Assembly: GCF_006345805.1 (NCBI RefSeq) | Contig: NW_021836927.1 | Coordinates: 1-22,377, forward strand | Direction of reading: 5' to 3' | DNA: 22,377 nt | Source: Octopus sinensis | Taxonomy: Eukaryota | Part shown: positions 1 to 8,945 of the stretch, in pieces | Layout: each line of letters opens with the position of its first letter | Position numbering within the stretch: the stretch's first letter is position 1 | Notes under the pieces: model-generated | What the model was told of the DNA's origin: nothing | The model's input: the letters and a program-made list of their open reading frames with translations, nothing else | Databases searched by the model: none | Position numbers and translations under genes: made by a program

Positions 1-298
1 GGAAAGGAAATAAGTGGAAGTGAAAAAGAAGAAAGAAAAGGAAATTAGTAGTAGTAAAAGTAGTAGTGGTAAAGGAGGAGGAGGAGGAGAAGGGAGGAGA
101 AGAAGAGAAAAGACTGAGAAGATAGAAGAAGAAGAAGAAGAAGAGCAAGAAAAGGAAGAAGAGGAAGAAGAAGAGGAAGAAAAGAGGAAGAAGAGAGAGG
201 AGAAAGGAAGAAGGAGAAGAAGAGAAGGAAGAGAAGAAGAGAAGAAGAGATAAGAGGAAGAAGAAGAGGAAGAGAAGAAGAAGAAGAGGAAGAAGAAG

Positions 299-379
<81 letters not shown>

Positions 380-380
380 G
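1..380. repeat. Purine-rich simple repeat: (GAA/GAG)n followed by (GAT)n
   Basis: Directly visible low-complexity tract; the poly-E/K/R ORF 14..253 is its translation. Confidence 0.95.
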
Positions 381-1060
381 ATGATAATATCGAGAAAAAC
401 TGACAAGTAGACAGACAGATAGACAGCCAGATAGATTTATTCATTCATTCATTGATAAAAAGATGTCGAAGGGCTTACTTGTAACTCCATAAATGATAAA
501 TACAGAAACCACAGTTGAGTTGTAAAATATATAATTCTTAATCAAACAGACTCAAGTGAGTATTTAACTAATTCAAATTTTGTAACACGTTTGTTAAAAA
601 CGTTTGCACTCATTCTAACGTTAATTACCACTTTCGTGAAGTCAACACTCGAATAAACGAAATTCAGGCAAGTGGAGCATTGCGATTATACGTGTGTTTA
701 GGTTGACAATTATTTATAGCCTGTACGTTGCTTTATTTTGTAAGTAGGCATGTCAGCAGAGAAGAGATAGGACGAATACTGCCTTAGTCGCTAATTTCTT
801 CTGTCGTGAAAGGCGAGAATTAAAACGATTTTGAAGAGGGAAGCTCAGCTTAAGTGAGATCTGGTTGTTATTGCTTGTTTATATGTCACTCAAATATAGG
901 ATTCTGTCAGTGTTTATGCGTATGTTGATAGTATATGTGTTATGACTTGAATACGTGTATGTGTTTAGTGGTGTGACGTGGTGGTGGTGTGTCAGAGCTG
1001 ATGCACGATTTACGAATTATTCTTCTTTTTAGCCCCTGGTCAACTGTGATCGATTAAAGG

Positions 1061-1435
1061 AGCACTCCGTCGGTTGCGACGATGAGGGTCCCAGCTGATA
1101 CGATCAACGGAACAGCTTGCTCGTGATATTAACGGTGTAAGTGGCTGAGCACTCCACAGACACGTGTACCCTTAACGTAGTTCTCGAGGAGATTCAGCGT
1201 GACACAGATTGTGACAAGGCTGGCCTTTGAAATACAGGTACACAGAAACAGGAAGAAAGAGCGAGAGAAGTTGTAGTGAAGAGAGTACAGCAGGGTCACC
1301 ACCATCCCCTGCCGGAGTCTCGTGGAGCTTTAGGTGTTTTCGCTCAATAAACACTCATAATGCCGGTCTGGGAATCGAAACCGCGATCCTCCGATTGCGA
1401 GTCCGCTGCCCTAACCACTGGGCCATTGCGCCTCC
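1061..1435 (-). mobile_element. Full-length tRNA-derived SINE, family A (copy 1)
   Basis: Reverse complement starts GGAGGCGCAATGGCCCAGTGGTTAGGG (A box)...GGTTTCGATTCCC (B box). Collinear with 19401-19789. Flanked by direct repeat ACTGTGATCGATTA (1043-1056 / 1436-1449), extendable to 18 bp with one mismatch. Confidence 0.93.
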
Positions 1436-1899
1436 ACTGTGATCGATTAGAGGTATAATCAAAGAAATTCCCACTATGACCAACCCGTTTTTTTTCTGTT
1501 GTTGGTATTTCTTTTTTCTAATATAAAAGGACCCAGATCTAAAAATCTTTTGTGACTTAACCTGCCGCTCGAATTATCCACACCAACTGGTCTTTGGTCT
1601 CTACGTTCTTGCTAAAAGCTTTCAGACCAAAACCCAGATCCCACCCAAGCCCAAGGAAGACTATTTCCGTGCCACCCGCAAGACTTGGAGACCCGAAGAA
1701 AATAAGAGGATGCAAGTGCTACCCTTCTCTCAATCCATCTTTCTCTGGCACAGTTGTAAGCTTTTGATTCACTGCGCATGGCGTGGTGAATCAACACTAG
1801 CACATATACACAAACCTGTATGTATGTGCGTGTGTTTGTATGTGTATTATATATTCACACAACACACACACACACACACACACACACACGTACACACAT

Positions 1900-2047
1900 A
1901 TGTACACAGGCATGACAGGAGTAAATGGACACCCCATAAAACATCGTTTTATGTTTATTCTTTCTCTAACGCGGTTGAGAAAGACCCCAACCACTCTGCA
2001 TGCAACACCAAGTGGCTTCAGTTTAATGACTGAAGCAAGAAAAAGAA
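1900..2047 (+). mobile_element. Old SINE 3' fragment related to family B
   Basis: Follows a (CA)n tract and ends CAGTTTAATGACTGAAGCAAGAAAAAG, matching the family B tail CAGTCAAATGACTGAAACAAGTAAAAG. Confidence 0.5.
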
Positions 2048-2135
2048 GCCTGTTTTATAAATGTGTATATGTATGGATTATCTTGAGTGACGGGAACTCA
2101 AGATTAATCAACGGATTCTATGCAGTTTAAAACTT

Positions 2136-2427
2136 TACGAGGAGGTGCAGAAAAGTTCCTGACTTTGAGTGAAAGAAAATATTGGAGGATCAGTTATTCT
2201 TTTATGCTGTTATTCTCATCTTTGTTTCAGTCATTTGACTGCGACCATGCTGGAGCACCGCCTTTAGTCGAACAAATCAACTCCAGAACTTATTCTTTGT
2301 AAGCCTAGTACTTATTCTATCGGTCTCTTTTGCCGAACTGCTAAGTTACGGGGACGTGTACACGCCATCGGTTGTCAAGCGATAGTGGGAGGGGAACAAA
2401 CACAGACACACAGACGCACACACACAA

Positions 2428-2472
<45 letters not shown>

Positions 2473-2830
2473 TATATATACGACGAGCTTCGTTCAGTTT
2501 CCGTCTCCTAAATCTATTCACAAGGCTTTGGTCGGCTATAGTAGAAGACACTTGCCCAAGGTACCACGTAGTGGGACTGAACCTAGAACCATGTGGTTGG
2601 GAAGCAAGCTGCTTACCACACAGCCACTCCTGCGCCTATAGTTAATCACAATTATATTGAACATATTTCCCTCTCAGATTCACACACTTATTGCAGCGGT
2701 GGTCCAGGTTTTCCAATCCCTGTAAAAGAACCCTTAAGGTTGGACGTCCAACCAGGCCTTTCACGACACCTTTAAAGGCAGAAATTTTTCTGCATGCCTT
2801 CGTAAATACACAAATGGAAACCAAAATTAT
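2136..2830 (-). mobile_element. Mariner 3' end (TIR plus degenerate transposase C-terminus) interrupted by a SINE
   Basis: TA+CGAGGAGGTGCAGAAAAGTTCC TIR-like end at 2136, resembling irritans-type CGAGGG termini. Minus-strand peptide GLENLDHRCNKCVNLRGKYVQ in ORF 2642..2824 matches the mariner C-terminal G..KL..RW.KC....G.Y.E motif. Confidence 0.75.
2197..2639 (-). mobile_element. tRNA-headed CORE-like SINE, family B, with internal (TA)n(TG)n
   Basis: Head GGCGCAGGAGTGGCTGTGTGGTAAG; ACCTTGGGCAAGT CORE-like segment; six near-identical copies in the window; short AGTTA duplication (2192-2196 / 2640-2644). Confidence 0.92.
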
Positions 2831-3072
2831 AGGGATGTAGGAAAATTTGTCTGAAAACCTTAGTTATAAATACAAAATTGAAGTACAAATTTAGCATGGA
2901 TTTAAATTACAATTATATGGTAAATATTAAAACTCATCAACAACTCATTAAAAAATTTTACGGAATCCCCACAATACATCACCTTCAGTATAGAATAAAC
3001 TGCAATAAACTATCAGAGAGAATATCATCGTACGGATTCTCTTCATCATCATCTCTGGCTGTAATTATAGGA

Positions 3073-3345
3073 TGAACATCATCATCATCATCATCGTCGT
3101 CGTTGTCGTCCGTCGTCGTCATCGTCGTTGTCATCGTCGTCGTCGTCATCATGAATCATCAATCATCATTTTCTTTTTTTTCTTCTCCATTTTTGTCCAT
3201 CATCCTGCTCCTCCTTCACCTTCTCTTCATCATCATCATCATCACCCGCATCACAATCAACATCATTATCATCATTAATGTCGCATCATCATATCATCAT
3301 TATCGTCGTTGTCATTGCCGTCATCGTCATCATCACCATCATCCC
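3073..3345. repeat. (CAT/CGT)n trinucleotide low-complexity tract
   Basis: Directly visible. Confidence 0.9.
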
Positions 3346-3522
3346 ACAGATATCCCCCCCCCTACGATATCCATTGCATTCGAAGTGCAGCATTTCTTGA
3401 ATGCTTTGATAATAATATCAGCTGTTATTTATTCGGGCTGAAAATTTTGGCATCGCTACGCCTGTGAGTTATTTCCTCGGGCAACGAATATCCCAAGAGA
3501 AATATGCACAGACACTCAATAA

Positions 3523-3553
<31 letters not shown>

Positions 3554-3693
3554 CTAACCACAACTCACTTACGGGCGCTCAAACATGGTATATATTTGGA
3601 AATGCATACGATCTGTCTTATATAAGAAGCTATGGTGTGATGTGTTTATATCAGAACTATAATGCAATAACTGCAGTACTTCTTCAGTAATAG

Positions 3694-3775
3694 TTCCAAA
3701 TTTTGGCACGGGGTCACAGCCATTTTTGAGGGCAGGGTGAAATCGAGTACATCGACTCCAGTACTTCTCAGTGGC
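3694..3775 (-). mobile_element. Old 3' fragment of SINE family D
   Basis: TTTTGAGGG...TCGAGTACATCGACTCCAGTAC matches the TCGATTACATCGACCCCAGTG segment of family D. Confidence 0.6.
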
Positions 3776-3829
3776 CTAGTACAGCCGCAAATTGTGGAGA
3801 TATTCACATAGAATATATATATATATATA

Positions 3830-3958
3830 TTATTTTATAGAAGGAGCTTCTACAGGACTAGAACTGTTTCATTCAGATGAAATCTTCAGGAAGCTCTTCT
3901 GAAGATTTCATCTGAATGAAACAGTTCTAGTCCTGTAGAAGCTCCTTCTATAAAATAA
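3830..3958. repeat. Perfect inverted repeat, 60-bp arms, 9-nt loop
   Basis: 3830-3889 is the exact reverse complement of 3899-3958; loop GAAGCTCTT. Confidence 0.97.
3844..3896 (-). ncRNA. Type I hammerhead ribozyme motif (near-canonical)
   Basis: Minus strand reads GAGCUUC-CUGAAGA-U.UUC(AUCU)GAA.U-GAAA-CAG(UUCUAGUC)CUG-UA-GAAGCUC: 7-bp stem I, CUGANGA, stem II, GAAA, 4-bp stem III, GUA cleavage triplet. Only the first stem II pair (U.U) is non-canonical. Confidence 0.8.
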
Positions 3959-4045
3959 ATTACTTTACTCTGCTATGTATTGAGTACCTTATTTACTGTG
4001 GTTAACCCCGACTCAACCCGGGAACTACATATATATATATATATA

Positions 4046-4307
4046 TATAAAATAATATGTTACATTTACTCAATAGTCAAGATAAAACTCTGAATTTCAG
4101 ATGCCGAAGTGGAAATCCACAACACCATCTCGTGGGTCCGCGAGCAGAATTATAATACAGTAATTTCCCTTTATATAACGGTATTTTTTCATAGCGTTTT
4201 TCAGATGGTCAGATTACCGAAGAGATGGTGTTGTGGATTTCCACTTCGGCATCTGAAACTCAGAGTTTTACCTTGACTATTGAGTAAATGTAACATATTA
4301 TTTTATA
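4046..4307. repeat. Inverted repeat, 86-bp arms (84/86 identical), 90-bp spacer
   Basis: 4046-4131 versus reverse complement of 4222-4307, two transitions. Confidence 0.95.
4208..4277 (+). ncRNA. Degenerate type I hammerhead motif
   Basis: GTCAGATTA-CCGAAGA (U4C)-GATG...CATC-T-GAAA-CTC-A-GAG-TT-TTACCTTGAC; palindromic stem III, imperfect stem I. Confidence 0.55.
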
Positions 4308-4383
4308 GATAAATTTCCTCTATTTACATAATATTGAGGTTTCTTTCTTTCTTTTGTTTTTCTTACTTCAACCGTTTTTACCA

Positions 4384-4414
<31 letters not shown>

Positions 4415-4989
4415 TGAAGGGTTCTTTCTCTGTGTTTACTTATCCTGTTTTCCATTTTTTTCTCGTTGTTTACGCATTTAACTCATTTGTTTACGTATTT
4501 CATGTTATGTGCACTGCTGATGATGCCCTGTTCCCATATATGCATGTATATATATATATATATATATATACAAATTGAGATAGGGGTTGTAAATGCAACC
4601 CTCCATGGGATAACATATATCCAATATACTGCTAGTGAAGTACCCAGCAAAGTTAATACATAAATGTTAAGGATTGCGATGCAATCAATTCATTTACTGT
4701 ATTATATGGGCAAAGGTAAAATGATTTACCACAAATTACTAATACAAGATAAGAAAATGGAGAAATACATCTAAATCAAATTCAATAAACACCAATAATA
4801 CTCAATCACATACTTTATTAAACCACCACATAAGAGACTGTAGGGTTAAACATAAAAAAAGCAGACAAATCAGTGTACATAAAGGAATGTACATAAATAA
4901 GTGTACATAAAAGAGTAATGTTGTATAATAAGTAGAATATATATAAAAAAGAGACTATAAATATAAGTAAATATAGATATAAGTATAGA

Positions 4990-5066
4990 TTACATCTTAC
5001 AGCTGTTTCGGCCATGTAGATAAGTATGTCTCATTTTACCAATATTAGCCTTTTGCACAGGAGTAA
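4990..5066 (-). ncRNA. Hammerhead remnant with decayed core
   Basis: Minus strand TTACTCCT-GTGCAAAA-GGCTA...TGGCC-GAAA-CAGCTG-TA-AGATGTAA; stem II and palindromic stem III intact, stem I 6/8 pairs, CUGANGA box corrupted. Confidence 0.45.
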
Positions 5067-5185
5067 ACAAAAGAGACAGAGACAGGCAGAAACAATGGAA
5101 ATGCCCCTTGTATCTGAATACTATGCAAATATTCTTTTAAAATACTTTTCATTCAATTTTTCCAAAATTTAATTGTTTTCCATAC

Positions 5186-5227
5186 TTGCAGTTGAAAAAG
5201 TGTTAATGACCGAAACCAGTACTGAAA
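5186..5227 (+). ncRNA. Minimal hammerhead motif, U3-A8 variant, partly decayed
   Basis: TTGCAG-TTGAAAA-AGTGTTAATGACC-GAAA-CCAG-TA-CTGAAA; stem I 5/6 pairs, stem II weak, stem III one change from the ACCGGT palindrome. Confidence 0.5.
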
Positions 5228-5345
5228 TGTTTATTATAAAAATATTTTAGCATTACTACCTTGAATTTTTTTCCATATATATATCAACTCGTGTGCTCCT
5301 TTTCAACCTTCTACATATACCTATACATATATATATATATATATA

Positions 5346-5392
<47 letters not shown>

Positions 5393-5401
5393 AAAGAGGC
5401 T

Positions 5402-5551
5402 ACAAACATTCTCAAGTCATATACGTTATTATAAAAATATAAAGATTTACATCTGTTTCTTGGATATCCCATACTTTGGGACATCCCAGAAACAGCTGCA
5501 AGACTTCAAATTTTTCTTATAATAATAACGTATATAACTTGAGATGTTTGT
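5402..5551. repeat. Diverged fold-back inverted repeat (about 70-75-bp arms, loop TACTT) with hammerhead 3' half
   Basis: ACAAACATTCTCAAGTCATATACGTTATTAT...CTGTTTCTTGGATATCCCA pairs with TGGGACATCCCAGAAACAG...ATAATAACGTATATAACTTGAGATGTTTGT; contains GAAACAGCTGCA. Confidence 0.85.
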
Positions 5552-5727
5552 CTTGCCTTAGCATCTGTTGTCCTCTTTAGCAAAAATATATCCGCCATAT
5601 CGGAAATCTACAATGGTTCCATAACTCCCGTCTCAGCTATGACCTTGGAGCCCTGGAAATCCGTTAGAGCACTTGCCCAGCGTACCTAGTCGTTTAGATT
5701 ACCTGTGAACTAAACCCCCATGTTTTG

Positions 5728-5776
<49 letters not shown>

Positions 5777-5790
5777 ATATATGTATATAT

Positions 5791-5996
5791 ACTCTTTTTC
5801 TTGTTTCAGTCATTTGACTGCGGCCATGCTGGAGCACCGCCTTTAGTCGAGCAAATCAACCCCGGGACTTATACTTTGTAAGCCCAGTACTTATTCTATC
5901 GGTCTCTTTTGCCGAACCGCTAAGTTACGGGGACGTAAACACACCAGCATCGGTTGTCAAGCAATGCTAGGGGCACAAACACAGACACACAAACAT

Positions 5997-6054
<58 letters not shown>

Positions 6055-6220
6055 GTATACATATATACGACAGGCTTCTTTCAGTTTCCGTCTACCAAAT
6101 CCATTCACAAGGCATTGGTCAGTCCGGGGCTATAGCAGAAGACACTTGTCCAAGGTGCCACGCAGTGGGACTGAACCCGGAACCATGTGGTTGGTAAGCA
6201 AGCTACTTACCACACAGCCA
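5791..6220 (-). mobile_element. SINE family B copy, slightly 5'-truncated, inserted in (TA)n
   Basis: Collinear with the other family B copies; lacks the first about 10 nt of the head. Confidence 0.93.
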
Positions 6221-6221
6221 G

Positions 6222-6293
<72 letters not shown>

Positions 6294-6298
6294 TGTAT

Positions 6299-6589
6299 AA
6301 AACCCGCTTTGGTCATAAATAAATATGGGATTGCACTTAAAAGTTCCCCCTCCGAGGTACAAGTCCGGGCATACCTGCCTCGCTTCTCCATGCCACAGAT
6401 GTTTTTCAAGAGAGAGGCAAGTGCCGATATTTCTCGGCACCAGTTGATATCGCAACTCGTTTCTACAGCTGAATGAACAACAGCAACATGAATTATAGTC
6501 TCTTGCTCAAGAACACAACACAAAACCCGGTCCGGGAATCGAACTCACTGCCTCATGATTGTGAGCCTGGCACTCTAAACACAGACCCA

Positions 6590-6591
<2 letters not shown>
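6299..6591 (-). mobile_element. tRNA-derived SINE, family C (older)
   Basis: Minus strand CATGGGTCTGTGTTTAGAG (degenerate A box), GAGTTCGATTCCC (B box), then TGTGTTCTTGAGCAAGAGAC; head resembles family A but the body differs. Confidence 0.7.
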
Positions 6592-6626
<35 letters not shown>

Positions 6627-6708
6627 CACACGAGCACGCACACACACACACACACACCCTCACATATATATATATACATAAGTATGTATATGTATATATA
6701 TATATATA

Positions 6709-6879
6709 GGCGCAGGAGTGGCTGTGTGGTAAGTAGCTTGCTTACCAACCACATGGTTCCGGGTTCAGTCCCACTGCGTGGCACCTTGGGCAAGTGTCTT
6801 CTACTATAGCCTCGGGCCGACCAAAGCCTTCTGAGTGGATTTGGTAGACGGAAACTGAAAGAAGCCTGTCGTATATATG

Positions 6880-6910
<31 letters not shown>

Positions 6911-7128
6911 TGTGAATGTTTGTGTGTCTGTGTTTGTCCCCCTAGCATTGTTTGACAATCGATGCTGGTGTGTTTATGTCTCCGTCACTTAGCGGTTCGG
7001 CAAAAGAGACTGATAAAATAAGTACTGGGCTTACAAAGAATAAGTCCCGGGGTCGAGTTGCTCGACTAAAGGCGGTGCTCCAGCATGGCCGCAGTCAACT
7101 GACCGAAACAAGTAAAAGAGTAAAAGAG
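6709..7128 (+). mobile_element. Full-length SINE family B copy
   Basis: GGCGCAGGAGTGGCTGTGTGG...GGTTCAGTCCC head; internal (TA)n(TG)n; tail AGTAAAAGAGTAAAAGAG; sits within a TA microsatellite. Confidence 0.95.
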
Positions 7129-7232
7129 ATATATATATACACACACACATAAGTATATGTATATATATGTATATATATGTATATGCATATACACACACAC
7201 AAATGCATATACATATACGTACACATATTACC

Positions 7233-7380
7233 ATGGGCTTATTTCAGTTTCCTTCTACCTAATCCACTCTTCTACAAAATCCAAAGCTTTGATCAGCCCG
7301 AAACTATAATAGAAGACATTTGCCCGAACTGCAAGGTGGAATTGAACCTACTGTGTGGCAACTTGGACAAGTTTCTTCTA
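7233..7380 (-). mobile_element. Old diverged 5' half of SINE family B
   Basis: GGGCTTATTTCAGTTTCC...AATCCACTC...AGAAGACATTTGCCC...ATTGAACC aligns to the family B minus strand. Confidence 0.7.
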
Positions 7381-7389
7381 CTAAAATGT

Positions 7390-7449
7390 ACATATATACA
7401 TACATGCATATATATATATATGTAAATAAATAAATAAATAAATATATAT

Positions 7450-7481
<32 letters not shown>

Positions 7482-7510
7482 AATATATATATGTATATAA
7501 ATATATATAA

Positions 7511-7557
<47 letters not shown>

Positions 7558-7660
7558 CATACATACATACATGCATACATACAACATACATACAGACACA
7601 TGAATACATACTACATACATTTGTAGACAGACAGACTGGCAGACAGATAGATAGATGCAG
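7390..7660. repeat. (TA)n/(TACA)n/(AGAC)n compound microsatellite
   Basis: Directly visible. Confidence 0.9.
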
Positions 7661-7762
7661 ACTTTAAAATACTTCGATTCAATTAACAATCTCATCAGTG
7701 AGAAGATATAACATTTAATGCAAAAAACATTAAGTATTCAAGATGCTTCCTTCAGCCTTATA

Positions 7763-7795
<33 letters not shown>

Positions 7796-7901
7796 TATAT
7801 ATATACATACATACATATGTAATGAGAAATTACAAAAAAAACAAAAGACAAAGACGGTGTATAAACAATAAGCAGATGTATCAGTTTAACGCTCGGGAAG
7901 T

Positions 7902-7937
7902 CTTTTACGTTTCAGGCCTACGCTCTTCGACAGAAAG
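7902..7937 (-). ncRNA. Minimal hammerhead-like motif in a probable Penelope-like end fragment (about 7820-8000)
   Basis: Minus strand CTTT-CTGTCGA-AGAGC(GTAG)GCCT-GAAA-CG-TA-AAAG: 4-bp stem I, A6U core variant, palindromic ACGT stem III. Confidence 0.45.
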
Positions 7938-8002
7938 GAACACAGAAATAAAACAGGAAGAGAAAATAGAAAAACGTTTTCGTGGATAGCGATCTATCAT
8001 AG

Positions 8003-8176
8003 CGTAGCAGGATATTATTCTCTCTCCAAAACACTGCCGTAGCAACTTCAGTTTCTCTTGCGGCATGAGAAGTTGCCCCTTCATGCTGGAGTTTTGTGTG
8101 AGGTCTACTTTGAATGGCCTTCACGTTCCCCGGACTTGAATAACCCGGATTTTGCATTGTGGGGATACCTGAAAGG
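8003..8176. mobile_element. Tc1/mariner-superfamily DDD catalytic-domain fragment with internal inversion
   Basis: Minus strand about 8003-8095 encodes LQHEGATSHAARET then (frameshift) LLRQCFGERIISCY; plus strand 8115-8176 encodes WPSRSPDLNNPDFALWGYLK. Confidence 0.8.
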
Positions 8177-8764
8177 TTCGTTCGTGAGACGTGACAGCGA
8201 AGAAGTGCGCACATTCACTCTCTGCACGCGATTAGACTCGGAAAGTTTGTGAGGAATCCATTGACCCAATTTCCTAACTTTTTCGATGGCATGCACGTGT
8301 CGACGAGTGGTTGAATTACCAAATCCAAGCTTTTCCGTTAGTTTTTGTTCCACCAGGGTTTGTAGGACGTCCTCGTTGAGCTATACAGATCTTCCAGGAC
8401 GAGGTTTGTCTTCTAGGCTGTAGTTTCCAGCTTGGAATTTCTGGAACCACTGTTGACACTGGCTTACGTTTATTGTCTGATCCCCTTATACTGCATTAAT
8501 ATTCCTCGCACTTTCCGTTGAGTTGTTGCCTTCATTGAACTCATAAAGCAAAATATGCCGAATATGTTCCTTTGTCACTTCCATTATATCTTTGAATAAA
8601 TGACTATTAAAATCGAACTGCAGTCCTCAAAACTTGCACTAAGAATTAGTACAAGGTAAAATTGCTACCTGCTTATGTAGCAAGTTGGTGCAGGTAGTTT
8701 ATCCGGTCCCCCTCCGACTTTCATGTAATTGAAAAAACCGCATTATTTATGGGATGACCCAATA
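8171..8764 (-). mobile_element. Mariner 5' half: left TIR plus disrupted transposase N-terminus
   Basis: Terminus TA-TATTGGGTCATCCCATAAATAATGCGG; ATG at 8584 giving MEVTKEHIRHILLYEF; WFQKFQAGNYSLEDKPRPGR; GQWIPHKLSE (WVPHEL motif); frameshifts and stops; broken at EPF. Confidence 0.9.
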
Positions 8765-8859
8765 TACATAAATAAGTAACAAGAGATGGACATTGTGTCA
8801 ATTCACTACAGCTGTTTCCATCGAATTCTTAATATATCTAATAAATATACGTCTATTAG

Positions 8860-8898
8860 GTATGTATGTATGTGTGTATGTATGTATGTATGTATGTA

Positions 8899-8945
<47 letters not shown>

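Noticed and set aside
14-253. Charged E/K/R-rich ORF
   Set aside because: Translation of a GAA/GAG simple repeat; non-ATG start; no domain.
1370-1435. tRNA-like sequences here and at 6709, 13819 and 19401
   Set aside because: They are SINE heads continuing into repeated bodies (with TSDs for family A); no complete cloverleaf.
3830-4307. Palindromes as DNA-transposon MITEs or pre-miRNAs
   Set aside because: Units are asymmetric (one arm continues into a longer tail), lack recognisable TIR ends and contain hammerhead motifs; an inverted PLE-type end fits better. A miRNA call needs expression data.
5954-6958. Recurring ORF peptide [12 protein letters not shown]...RRHLPKVPRSGTEPGTMWL
   Set aside because: Antisense translation of SINE family B; recurrence reflects the repeat, not a protein family.
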